Assembly: GCA_963720825.1 (NCBI GenBank)
Contig: CAVRGY010000002.1
Span: 31,672 to 95,671 of the forward strand
Length of the DNA: 64,000 nucleotides
Source of the DNA: an uncultured Chloroflexia bacterium
GTDB lineage: Bacteria; Chloroflexota; Limnocylindria; Limnocylindrales; CSP1-4
Reading direction: 5' to 3'
Shown: positions 19,571-30,000 of the stretch, in pieces
Layout of the letters: the number at the start of each line of letters is the position of its first letter
Position numbering within the stretch: the first letter of the stretch is position 1
Program-made: the position numbers and the translations under genes
Notes under the pieces: generated by a model
The model's database searches: none
Told to the model about the DNA's origin: nothing
The model's input: the letters and a program-made list of their open reading frames with translations, nothing else

Positions 19571-20699
19571 CCGCGGGTGGGGCAGACTTGTGCGGTGGGC
19601 GATCACGACAGGACCGACTGGCGTCGGAGTGGCGAGACGAGCGGGCTCGACGACCCGTTTGCGCGCGCGCCAGGTGGTCTGGACGTCCCGCCGACGGGCG
19701 CAGGGTCGCTGGCTGCGGGCGGCGTGCGCGAGACGCCGGACCATGAGCCGGCCGGCGACGCGACCTCGAAGCGCGAGGCAAAGGCCGCGAAGCGCGCCGC
19801 GAAGAAGGAGAAAGCCGCGCGCAAGGCAGCGCGCAAGGCGGAACGGAAGGCCGTCCGGAAGGAAGCAAAACGGCGGGCCAGGGCGGCGCGGCGGGAGGCG
19901 GCAGCAGCCGAGAAGGCGGCGCAACGGGCGGCCAAGGCAGCAAAGCGGGCGGCGAGAGCCGCCCGAAGGGTCGAACGAACGGCCGCGGACGTTGCCGCAA
20001 CGGCGGTGGACGTTCACGCGGACGCCCGGCGGGTCAGACGAGTGCGCGCGGCGCGGGTCGCCGTGCCCGAGCCGGTGCCGGAGCAGGCAGAGCGACCGGG
20101 CGAGATGGCCGCGGCTGCCGAAGCAGTGCTCCAGGAGGTCGCCGATCTCGTCCGCCAGACGGCCGAGCCGGCCGCGTCGCGGATCGTCGACCGTGTCGGG
20201 CGGCGCGAGCGCGGACCCGAACCGGAGGCCGAGCCCGAACGCGAGCCGGCCGTCGAGCCTGGACCCGAGGCGGCCCTCGACCCTGAACCTCAGCCGGAGC
20301 CGGAGCCGGAACCCGGACTTGAGCCCGAACCCGAGCCCGAACCGGAACCCGAGCTGGAACCGGAGCCCGAACCGGAACCGGAGCCCGAACCCGAGCCCGA
20401 GCCGGAACCGGAGCCCGAGCCCGAGCCACGACCGTTCACCGAGCGGTCCGATCCGTGGCCGGTCGAGACGCCGTTCACGACGTCCGCCGATCGGACGAGG
20501 TTCGCGTTTGACGCCCGGATCCCACCCACGCACGTGCCCGATCTGGACCTCGACGTGCAGGACGGCGCTCCCGACGCCGGCCCCGTCGCGCCCGCGGCAG
20601 AACCTGAACTCGCCCCCGATCCGGCAGCCGTGCCCCAGCCCGCAGCCGAGTCCGAGCCGGAGCGACCGTCGGTGAGCGTGAGGGCGATTCTCGCAGCCC
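19571..20699 (+). CDS. Lys/Ala-rich basic region followed by an acidic Glu-Pro repeat region. Probably the N-terminal part of the downstream Ppx/GppA polypeptide. Start uncertain.
   Basis: Frame with a strong GC3 bias encodes [43 protein letters not shown]…, then (EP)n: [43 protein letters not shown]. No stop separates it from the Ppx domain frame once the single-base slip at 20697-20700 is allowed. Confidence 0.5.
20213..20436 (+). repeat. Tandem hexanucleotide (gagccn/gaaccg) repeat array encoding the (Glu-Pro)n tract.
   Basis: Read directly: near-perfect 6-nt periodicity over about 220 bp. Confidence 0.7.
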
Positions 20700-21656
20700 C
20701 TGCTGGCGACCGGCGCCGAGCTCGTCGTCGGCGCATCCATCGACATCGGAGCCAACAGCGTCCATCTCCTCGTCGCCGCGGCCGGCGCCCACCAGCTCGA
20801 CCCGCTGCTCGACGAATTGGTGTTTCTCGGGCTCGGGGATCGGGTCGCGACGGACGGCTTCCTCGGCTCGGCCGCGCGCGAGGACCTTGTCGCCGCCCTG
20901 GCGACGTACGCGGATGCCGCCCGGAACCTCGGTGCCGTCGAGGTCGTGCTGATGGGCACCGAGCCGATCCGGCGCGCCGCTGACGCCGCGATCCTTGTCC
21001 GCGATGTCGAAGCGCGAACCGGCCTCCCGCTGTACGTCCTTGACCACCGCGAAGAGGGCATGCTCACGCTGGCAGGCGTCACGATGGGGCGCGCCGCCGG
21101 CCGCGAGATCATGGTCTTCGACATCGGCGGCGGCAGCTCCGAGATCGTCGTCTCCTCGCCGGGCGAGCCTGCCCGGTGCATCGGCCTGCCACTCGGATCA
21201 GCGCGCCTGACGCAGGATCACGTTCGATCCGATCCGCCGACCATGGACGAGATCGACGCCATGGTCGTCGAGGCTCGACGCGTCATCGCCGACGCGCCCG
21301 ACGCCCGCCCCGAGGAGATGATCGCGGTCGGCGGAACGGCGTCCAACCTGCTGCGGATCCTGCCGGGAACGACGTCCGACAGCATCCTCACCAGCCGCCG
21401 CGTGACGATCGCGCTCGCGATGCTGACGGTCGGGACCAGTGCCGACACCGCGGCGCGCCACACGCTCCGCCACACCCGGGCCAGGATCCTGCCGGCTGGA
21501 GCCGTGATCGTTGACGCGATCCTGGACCGGTACGGTGTCGACCGCCTGCGCGTCTCCGAGGCGGGCATCCGGGAAGGGGCGATCCTGGTCAGCGCCATCG
21601 CGGGTCGCGCCTGGCGGGACCGGTTGCCCGTCCTGGCCGGCGGCTGGGAGGGCTAG
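20700..21656 (+). CDS. Ppx/GppA family phosphatase (exopolyphosphatase / pppGpp phosphohydrolase) domain. No canonical start in this frame; joined to the upstream frame by a C4 homopolymer slip.
   Basis: [22 protein letters not shown]…[16 protein letters not shown]…[12 protein letters not shown]…[10 protein letters not shown]. These are the actin-like ATPase motifs of Ppx/GppA. The frame is open from the stop at 20679 but carries no ATG/GTG/TTG before the conserved SIDIGANS. Confidence 0.8.
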   Translation: MLATGAELVVGASIDIGANSVHLLVAAAGAHQLDPLLDELVFLGLGDRVATDGFLGSAAREDLVAALATYADAARNLGAVEVVLMGTEPIRRAADAAILVRDVEARTGLPLYVLDHREEGMLTLAGVTMGRAAGREIMVFDIGGGSSEIVVSSPGEPARCIGLPLGSARLTQDHVRSDPPTMDEIDAMVVEARRVIADAPDARPEEMIAVGGTASNLLRILPGTTSDSILTSRRVTIALAMLTVGTSADTAARHTLRHTRARILPAGAVIVDAILDRYGVDRLRVSEAGIREGAILVSAIAGRAWRDRLPVLAGGWEG

Positions 21657-21658
21657 GG

Positions 21659-23447
21659 CTACAGGCCTGCCACGAGCCGGCCGAGCGCTCGACGGAAGGC
21701 GAGGCTTGACAGCCCGCGCCACGGTCCGCCGACGGTCCGCCGGAGCCGCGCCAGCTCCCGCTCGCGGTCGACGAGATAGCGGCCGATCGCCGCGCTCTCG
21801 AGCTCCGTGAGGTCGCCCGCGTGCTCCACCAGGTACTGGCGTGCGAGGGCCGCCGCCACGTCCGCGTCGTGGAGCCAGCCGAGGTGGTCCTGCAGCGCGA
21901 CGATCTTCTCGATGACCAGGCCCGCGTCACGACCGAGCGCCTCGCGCACGAACTCCAGCGTGTAGCGCAGCCACTTGGCCGCGATCCGGAGGTCGTGGAG
22001 GGTGGTCACGTCGGCCCATCGAAGCACTGGCTCGTAGGCCCGAACGCCCTTCGTACGCCGCCCAGATCCGCGACGGCATCGTGTCCCGCACGCGATGGGG
22101 CTGGGTCGGCCCAACCGGGAGGGCGCCCGCTCCCTCCGCCTGGACGAACTCCACGTATGCGTCGACCCACTTGCGGTAGCGACCCGAATCGAGCTCCCGG
22201 AGCAGCACCTCGCGGGCCCCGTCCCGTTGCCCGCGCCATCCCTCGATCAGCCGGTCGAAGGCCGCCGCCTCGCGAGCCGGCAGCTGGTCGCGATGCGTCT
22301 CGGCGGCCCCGATCAGCACATCGAGGTCTCGGACCGCACCCAGGTCCCGGGCGACCTCGCGCAGCCGGACCCGGTGGCGGGCCGTCGCCTTGCGGTCGAA
22401 CGACTCGCCGAACACACGCCAGGCGGCACGCTGTCGCCGGGTGGCCACGCGCATCGCGTGCAGCTCCGCATCGTCGCGGCCGATGCGGGTGCCGGGCTCG
22501 CGGGCGATCATCCGGGCCAGGTGGAACCGCAGCACCTTGCGACCAGCCTCGGCGAGGTGGTCCTCGGCGATGACGCCCGGCGCCTTGGGCACGGTGATCC
22601 GCGGCACGACCGGCTCCGGCGCCTCGGTGGCGGTCGCGTCGGTGCCCGGTGCGGGCACCTCGACCGGTCCGCCGGCCACGCTCGTGCGGGGGCCCTGGGG
22701 CGCTTCGCGGAGGTCGCCGCCGGCCGCTGCCGAACGCTCGTCGGCTCCGTCGCTGCGTTCATCGTCCGCCCCCGGCTCGCCCGTGCCCGCCCGGTCGTGC
22801 TCGACCGCCTCCAGCGCCCGCTCGAGCTTCGACGACTCGGCCGGGACCAGCTCCTCGACCTCGGCGAGCAGGTCCGCCAGCGGCTCGAGGGCCGCCTCGC
22901 CGCCCTCGATGAGCTCCACCTCGAGCTCTGCGAACCGGTCCAGCACCCGCTCGCCGGCGACGATCTCCACGTCATCGACGGACAGCTCGACGACAACCCC
23001 CTCGCGCCCGTAGGTCCGCTTGTGCCGGGTCTGCCGGACGGTCACGAGGTCCGTGAGCGGGGCGCCGCCCAGCAGCTCCAGCACCGCGGTACGAGCCGCC
23101 GAGTCGGGCCACGCATCGGGCGGAACCTCGGCGATCGCCGGGCCTTCCAGCTCCTCGCGCCGGTGGAGCGCGCCGCCGGCGGCGTCCGAGCGAAGGGACT
23201 TGAGCGTGAGCACCGTGACATCGCCCGCCGACCGGAATCGCCCGGCGTAGCCCGCCGCGGCCAGCCGGCCATCGGCCGTGTCGACGTACCGGTCCTCGTG
23301 CTGGACCGTCGCGGCGGGGGCCAGCGCGGTGAACCCGGCCAGGTCGTCGGCGGCGATCAGGCGCGTTCCGGCGCCGGTCCCCGACATGCGGAACTTGAGC
23401 TCGACCTCGACCGCGCCGCCGGGTCGCGGGACAGCGACATCGGTCAC
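21659..23447 (-). CDS. CYTH-CHAD protein: triphosphate tunnel metalloenzyme domain plus a conserved-histidine alpha-helical (CHAD) domain. Frame break near 22040-22055. GTG start overlaps the ppk1 stop.
   Basis: N-terminal VEVELKF…ELEV… CYTH beta-barrel motifs. CHAD helices follow (…LHAMRVATRRQRAAWRVF…). The final CHAD part (…LHDLRIAAKWLRYTLEF…IEKIVALQDHLG…) continues in ORF 21659..22114. Confidence 0.75.
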
Positions 23448-25615
23448 GCGCGCGGGTCCATCGATCCGACGTTCGAGTGGGGCCGTCTCGGCACATCCGC
23501 GGCGGCGGCTGCGGCTGCGGCATCCTGCTTGAGCACGGCGAACGTGTCGATCTCGCCGGCGGCCGACGTCAGCACCTCGGTCCGGACCCATCGCCCGTCG
23601 GACTGCAGCTGCCACGAGCGACGGTCATCGGACAGCATGACCTCGATGATGCGCGCGAGCCGGACCTGCGCCTCGTGATCCTCGACCGGGGTCACCACCT
23701 CGACCCGGCGATCGAGATTGCGCTCCATCAGGTCCGCCGACCCGATGTACCACTCGGGGCGCCCGCCATTGGCGAACATCCAGATCCGCGAGTGCTCCAG
23801 GAACTCGCCGATGATCGAGCGCACGCGGGCCTGCTCGGAGGCGCCGGGCACGCCGGGAACCAGGCAGCACGCGCCACGGATGATGCACTCGATCTCGACG
23901 CCCGCCCGCGCCGCCTCGTACAGCGCCTCGACCACCTGGGTGTCGACCAGGGAGTTCACCTTGAGCACGATCCGCGCCTGCTGGCCCGCGCGGGCGTTCG
24001 CCGCCTCCCGCTCGACCAGCTCGAGGAACCGCGACCGGAGCGTCATCGGCGCCACGAGCAGCCGGCGGAACACGCTCTGGCGTGACAGCCCGGTCAGCAC
24101 GTTGAACAGGTCCGTGACGTCCGCGCCCAGCTCCTCGCGGCAGGAAAGCAGGCCGAGATCCACGTACAGGCGAGCCGTCCGCGAGTTGTAGTTGCCGGTG
24201 CCGATGTGGACGTAGCGCCGGAGCCCGTTGCCCTCGCGCCGGACGACGAGCGCGACCTTGCAATGGGTCTTGAGGCCGACCAGCCCGTACACGACGTGGG
24301 CGCCCGCCTGCTCCAGCTTGCGCGCCCAGACGATGTTGACCTCCTCGTCGAAGCGCGCCTTGATCTCGACCAGGACCACGACCTGCTTGCCCTGCTCCGC
24401 CGCGCGGATCAACGCCTTGACGATGGGCGAGTCGCCCGACGTCCGGTACAGGGTCTGTTTGATGGTCAGCACCAGGGGGTCATCCGCGGCCTGCGAGATG
24501 AACCGCTCGACGGAGGCGGTGAACGAGTCGTACGGGTGATGGAGGAGCAGGTCCCCGGCGCGCATCTGCGCGAACACGTCGACCGGCTCGTCCTCGTCCG
24601 GCGGCAGCAGGCGCTGGGGCACGACCGGCGTGAAGGCCGGCGCCTTGAGGTCGGGGCGGTCGAGCTCGGCGAGCTGCCACAGCGCCGTGAGGTCCATCAT
24701 CCCGGCGACCTCGAAGCTGTCGTCCTCGCGCAGGCCGATGCCGTTGATCAGGATCTTGCGCGTCAGCTCCGGCATCGAGCGCTCGACCTCGAGCCGGACC
24801 GCCTCGCCGAAGCGACGCCGCCGGACCTCCTCCTCGATCGCGAGCAGCAGGTCGTCGGCCTCGTCCTCCTCGATCGCGATGTCCGCGTCGCGGGTGACCC
24901 GGAACAGGTGTGTCTCGAGGATCTCCATGCCCCGGAACAGCTCGTCGAGGTTGGCCTCGATGACCTGGTCCAGGAGCACGAACCGGTCGCGCTCGACCTC
25001 GAACAGGCGGGGCAGGATCGGCGGGATCTTGACCCGCGCGAACCGCTTCTCGCCGGTCTCGGGGTCCCGCAGCCCGACCGCGATCGACAGCGACAGGGTG
25101 CTGATGTACGGGAACGGGTGGCCAGGATCCACCGCGAGCGGCGTCAGCACCGGGAAGATCTCGTCGTGGAAGCGGCGCCGGAGCGTGTCGTGGTGCTCGG
25201 GCACGTCGTCGTAGTCCACGATCTCGACGCCCTCGGCGGCGAGCTCCTCGCGGATGGTCGTGAAGATCAGGGAGTGCTCGGCGACCAGGTCACGGACCCG
25301 GGCCCGGATCGCGTCCAGCTGCTGTGCGGGGGTCAGGCCGTCCGAGGACAGGTGCTGCGAGCCCGCCAGGTCCTGCCGCCGCAGCCCGGACACGCGAACC
25401 TGGAAGAACTCGTCGAGGTTGGACGCGAAGATCGCCAGGAACTTGACGCGCTCGAGGATCGGGTTGCGCGCGTCCCGTGCCTCGTGGAGCACGCGCGCAT
25501 TGAACTCGATCCACGACAGCTCGCGGTTGAGGATCGGGGCCTTGTGGTCGTGCACCGCCCGCCGTCGTCCGCGGGGCGCGGCGCGGGGTCCGGGAGCGGG
25601 TCGAACGGCGGTCAT
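23444..25615 (-). CDS. ppk: Polyphosphate kinase 1.
   Basis: ILNRELSWIEFNARVLHEA…FLAIFASNLDEFFQVRVSGL… and two PLD-like HKD regions. About 720 aa, typical of PPK1. GAGAGG RBS. Confidence 0.9.
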   Translation of the reverse strand: MTAVRPAPGPRAAPRGRRRAVHDHKAPILNRELSWIEFNARVLHEARDARNPILERVKFLAIFASNLDEFFQVRVSGLRRQDLAGSQHLSSDGLTPAQQLDAIRARVRDLVAEHSLIFTTIREELAAEGVEIVDYDDVPEHHDTLRRRFHDEIFPVLTPLAVDPGHPFPYISTLSLSIAVGLRDPETGEKRFARVKIPPILPRLFEVERDRFVLLDQVIEANLDELFRGMEILETHLFRVTRDADIAIEEDEADDLLLAIEEEVRRRRFGEAVRLEVERSMPELTRKILINGIGLREDDSFEVAGMMDLTALWQLAELDRPDLKAPAFTPVVPQRLLPPDEDEPVDVFAQMRAGDLLLHHPYDSFTASVERFISQAADDPLVLTIKQTLYRTSGDSPIVKALIRAAEQGKQVVVLVEIKARFDEEVNIVWARKLEQAGAHVVYGLVGLKTHCKVALVVRREGNGLRRYVHIGTGNYNSRTARLYVDLGLLSCREELGADVTDLFNVLTGLSRQSVFRRLLVAPMTLRSRFLELVEREAANARAGQQARIVLKVNSLVDTQVVEALYEAARAGVEIECIIRGACCLVPGVPGASEQARVRSIIGEFLEHSRIWMFANGGRPEWYIGSADLMERNLDRRVEVVTPVEDHEAQVRLARIIEVMLSDDRRSWQLQSDGRWVRTEVLTSAAGEIDTFAVLKQDAAAAAAAADVPRRPHSNVGSMDPRA

Positions 25616-25670
25616 GATCCTCTCGCAGGCGTGCCCGCCGGGCGCGAGACGGGGGACGCGAGCGTGACGC

Positions 25671-25736
25671 GAGCCACGTCACCCGAACCCGGTTGGGCCG
25701 CCGAGAATAGCATGCGGCGGTGCGCGGGCCCGGTGG
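25671..25736. repeat. Left copy of an imperfect ~65-bp direct repeat that bounds the RHS/IS3 island. Contains an extended -10-like TGCTATTCT on the minus strand, upstream of ppk1.
   Basis: gagccacgtcacccgaacccggttgggccgccgagaatagcatgcggcggtgcgcgggcccggtgg aligns to 35438-35503 at about 85% identity. Confidence 0.65.
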
Positions 25737-26061
25737 CAAACGTTCTTCGGGTACGACGCCGACGGGCGCCTGGAAGTCCCGCGAGGCTCAAGCCTGATGG
25801 CGAATAGGTATCGAATAGGTACCGGCCCGCAACGCCCGAAGTTGGTGGGCCGAAGGCCCCATTGCGTCCGCCGGTCCCGGCCGAATCCTGCGTGATTAGA
25901 CCGACGGTCGCCTCTCAACGGGGGCGGATCGGTCGCCTGGACTGGGGAGGACGCGGCGATCGTCCGAAGCTCGTCGGCTTCCGTCGAGATGCACCGGATC
26001 CGGTCGTGCCCGTCATCCCTGCCTTGCCCAGGTCGCGCTGGCCAATGGGAGGGAAATCGCG

Positions 26062-27036
26062 ATGGCACGGCACGTGCGTCGGGTGGCCGGTGTGGCTTCC
26101 CGCATGGCCCTGAGAATTGTCCGGATCGCACACGGTGCAATCACGCTGGTGCTGCCGGTTGTGCTTGTGGCGGGCCTGGCGCTTGTCCGGGCTGGCGGAA
26201 TCAGCGCCGGCTCCGCCAGCGGGCCTGCCCTCAACGCCGGCGCTCAGCAGTCCGGACTCTCCGCCCGCGCCCAGCTGGACCGCGGCGCGACCCAGATGAC
26301 GGCGTCGCTGTCGTCTGGCTTCGATTTCACGGTGGTCGCCCGCTCGACGCTGTACGCGAAGCCCGACGGTCCGAAGATCGAGGTGCCCGACCCAGCCGAT
26401 CCGTACACGGTTGCCGGCGTCGCCGACAGCTACGACCTCGGCGCAACGGCCGCCATCGGCACCGTCAAGGGGGAGGACTTCTTCCTTCAGCTGTACGACG
26501 GCCCGACGGACCCCGGAAAGCCGGTCGACCTGGCGACGCTTGCGCCCTCGCTCGCGGCCCTGGTGCGCGACGGCCACACCTGGCGCAACGACGGCGACGG
26601 GTGGTATGTGACCGATCAGCCGCCCGGCATCGGGCTCGACCCGCGCACCGCCGCGCTGCTGCCCGCGATGCTGCGCAACACGACCGCGGCGAAGGATGCG
26701 CCTGCGACGCTCCTCGCCGGTCAGCAGCTGCCGACCGTGGCAGCGGCCGCCGCCGTCGCCGACGCACCCGGGTTGATGGCGATCGATGCGGCCCCGTTCA
26801 CCGTGTTCGCGCAGCCGCTCTCGTTCGCGTTCGATGCCAGCGGCCGGCTGGCCCAGCTGACGGCGACCATGCGCAACACGCGGATGGCCGACTTCGACCT
26901 CATCGTGGTGACCACGATCACCTTCGACTACGACCATCTCAGCGCGTTCCCGGACGCCTCGCCCACGGCGCCACCACCACCGACGCTGGCGCCGGATCCG
27001 ATCGGTGCGGTCGGGCAGCCGGAGGCCTCGCGATGA
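26062..27036 (+). CDS. Membrane-anchored hypothetical protein. Its stop overlaps the RHS start (ATGA).
   Basis: N-terminal TM segment AITLVLPVVLVAGLALV. GC3-biased frame. A GGAGG RBS for the downstream RHS gene lies in its 3' end. Confidence 0.5.
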   Translation: MARHVRRVAGVASRMALRIVRIAHGAITLVLPVVLVAGLALVRAGGISAGSASGPALNAGAQQSGLSARAQLDRGATQMTASLSSGFDFTVVARSTLYAKPDGPKIEVPDPADPYTVAGVADSYDLGATAAIGTVKGEDFFLQLYDGPTDPGKPVDLATLAPSLAALVRDGHTWRNDGDGWYVTDQPPGIGLDPRTAALLPAMLRNTTAAKDAPATLLAGQQLPTVAAAAAVADAPGLMAIDAAPFTVFAQPLSFAFDASGRLAQLTATMRNTRMADFDLIVVTTITFDYDHLSAFPDASPTAPPPPTLAPDPIGAVGQPEASR

Positions 27037-30000
27037 CCGCCCGTCCGCGCCTGCTACCGCGCCTGCGCGTGGTGGCGATGACGATCGTCCTGACCGTCAC
27101 CGGCGTTGCGGTCCAGGCGGCTCCGGTCGCCCCGTCCCACGACATCCCGGATCACCCCTTCAGCCTGCCCCTGCCGTTCGGGCTGGGTCCGCAGACGGCG
27201 CTCGCCGCCTACTGCGCGAGCGGCCCCTCGTTCCAGGGCAAGCTCACCCAGCAGCTCGTCAACTCGGGCACCCCGTCGACCGCGGCCTGGATCACCAGCA
27301 ACACCGTCTACGGCTGGATCAGCCGTGTCGACGCCGCGTGGAGCTGCACCCTCTACCGCCGCTACTCCGGGCTCACCTGGAACGTGACCTCGACTCTGGG
27401 CATCTTCGACTACGGGACGATCATCAACTCGACGTCAGTGTCCTGCAACTGGGGCGTCGGCTCGACCGATTACCTCAAGGCGAACGGCACCCAGGTCTGT
27501 CCGTCGACCGACACCTCGAACGTGCTCTCGATCCAGCTCACCAAGGAGCGCGTCTACCAAGCTGACGCCTCGCACAACGGCGAGGGCGACTACAGCTTCG
27601 TCCACTCGGACTGCGCCACGACCCCCTACTACGGAGCCGAGGTCCAGAAGGGGTCCGAGGCGTCGCCGACCTCGTTCAGCACCGGGACGACCAACAACCG
27701 CCCGGGCGCGAACTGCGACCCGATCGCGCTCGACAGCACCAACACGAGCCAGACCGTCACCTACGACGCGACCGTGCCCACGATCGCGATCAGCAGCCCG
27801 TCGACCGGGACCCCGGCCGCTCCTGCGGTCGTGCCGTCGGCCTTTGCCACGGTCGAGTTCGACGCGACCGACGCCGTCGCGGGCTTCGGCGGCACCAATG
27901 GCTGGAGCCTGCAGCGCAAGGTGGCGACCCCCTCGGGCGGTGCCTGCGGCACGTTCGCGAACGACGGCGCCGCGGTGACCGGGACGAGTGCCGGCACCGG
28001 TCAGCACAGCGGTCAGAGCCTGACGGTCGGCAAGTGCTACCAGTGGGTGCTCACCGCCGCCGACCAGAACGGCAACGCGGCGACCGCGGTCACGTCGGGG
28101 ACGATCCTGACGGACACCAGCGCCGTACTGGGGTCACAGCCCCAGCTGCGGACCGAGTCCTGGGACCTCGGCGCTGGCGACAGCCTCGCTGTCAGCGTCG
28201 GCTCGGGCAACGTGCTCATCAACCACCCGATCGTGAGCCTGCCGATGCGCGGCAGCTCGCTCGACATCGGGCTCACGTACAACAGCCAGGATGCCGGGAA
28301 CGTCGGGTTCGGGGCCGGCTGGCGGCTCAACGTCCAGCGCCGGCTCACGCTCAACGCCGACAACACGGTCACGTTCATCGACGGCAGCGGCGCACGGTAC
28401 ACGTTCACCAACCCGCAGACCAACGGCACCGTCACCACCTACCCGCGGCCGTCCAACCTGTACGCGACCCTCGTGAAGGACACGAGCCAGCAGGTCGAGT
28501 TCACGCTCACCTACAGCGGCCAGAGCCTCGACATGTTCGACATCGCGGGCTCCGAGGGCCTGCTGACGCGTGAGCAGGACCGGTTCGGTAACGGGGTGAC
28601 TCTCGCGTACGTGTCCGGGACCAACCGGATCACGACGATCACCGACACGGCGGCCTCGCCCAACCGGGTCGTCAACTTCGCCTATGACGGCTCCAACCGC
28701 CTGACCTCGATCACCGACTGGGCATATGTGTCGGGGGGCGTCGTCCAGACGGGCGCGACCGGCAGCCGCCGGGTCAGCCGCTTCTTCTACGACGGCTCGT
28801 CCAACCTCGCAGGCTGGGCCGACCCGCTCAACACGACCGGATCCTGCCCAACCGGCGGCAGCCACCTCACCTGCCTCACGCTCACCAACGGACTGGTGAC
28901 CCGGGTCGGCAAGACCCAGACCTACGAGACGCTGGCGTCCGGCGTCCTGGGTTCCGCGACCCGGGCGATGAACACCGACGTCGTGTACTCAGGCTCCGAC
29001 GTCGCCGCGGTCAAGGACGCCGAGCAGGTCGCAGCCAGCGGCAGCGGGGCGACCTTCAGCCACCTCAATCCCGGCCAGACACAGGTCGTCCGCCCCGGGA
29101 CCCCCGCCTCCACAACCCGATATACGCTCGCCTCGCCCACCGACGCATACGGGCGGATCACCTCGGTCAAGCGCCTGCTCGGCGCATCGACCTGGATCGA
29201 GCAGCGGACGGCGTACAACAGCACGTACCCGATCGAGCCTGCCTCAATCACGGACAACTACGTCGACGGGACCCCGTCGGACACCGCGCCCGACGAGGAC
29301 CGGATCACCGCCTACACGTACGTCACGAGCTCGCTGGGCCTCGTGTCGCGGCTGACCGAGCCGCTGACCGCGTCCACCCACCGCACGACCGACTACACCT
29401 ACAACGCCCACAACGACGTGACCCAGCAGATCGTCGCGCTCGATGGCTCAGGCTCGATCCGGACGATCACCAGGTTCTGCTACGACGCGTCGTGCACGAC
29501 ATCGGGCAACGGGCTCACGCTGCTCAGGCGGATCGACAACTACGTTGACGGAACGGCCGGCAACGGTGCCGCCAACGTCGAGGACGTCACCACGAGCTTC
29601 ACGTATGACACGGCCTGCGCGGGCGGCGCGACCTGCGGCCAGGTCACCCGCGAGACGCGTGCCAACTACACCACGGCCGGCACGCTGCTCGACTCGCGCG
29701 CGATCGGGCACACCTACGATGACAAGGGCGACGTCACCTCGGACATCGCGAACTACGTCAATGGCACGGTGACCAGCCCGGGCGACGACATCACGCCCAA
29801 CGCCACCACCGGCGCGCGCACCGACCTCACGATCGCGCACATCTACGACACCGCTGGCAACAGAGTGTCTACTGCCGACCCGCGGCGCGCGATCGAGTCA
29901 GCCAAGGGCACGGCCCTCAACGCCGACGACTTCATCGGCCGCTCGACCTTCGATCCGCTGGGCCAGACCCTCACCAGCACGACCGCGACGACGCCCGGGA

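Noticed and set aside
25290-25739. ORFs 25290..25739(-) and 35195..35509(-) share a similar N-terminal peptide (GPRTAACYSR…RVTWL…).
   Set aside because: The similarity comes from the ~65-bp direct repeat at the island boundaries translated in the same frame. It does not indicate paralogous genes.
25740-26060. Searched the intergenic regions (25616-26061, 33112-33288, 35248-35548, 52378-52522) for tRNA, tmRNA or riboswitch signatures as possible integration sites.
   Set aside because: No cloverleaf-compatible GTTCGAnTC T-loop or anticodon-stem pattern was found. The GGTTCGGGTGACG in the repeat is not tRNA-like.
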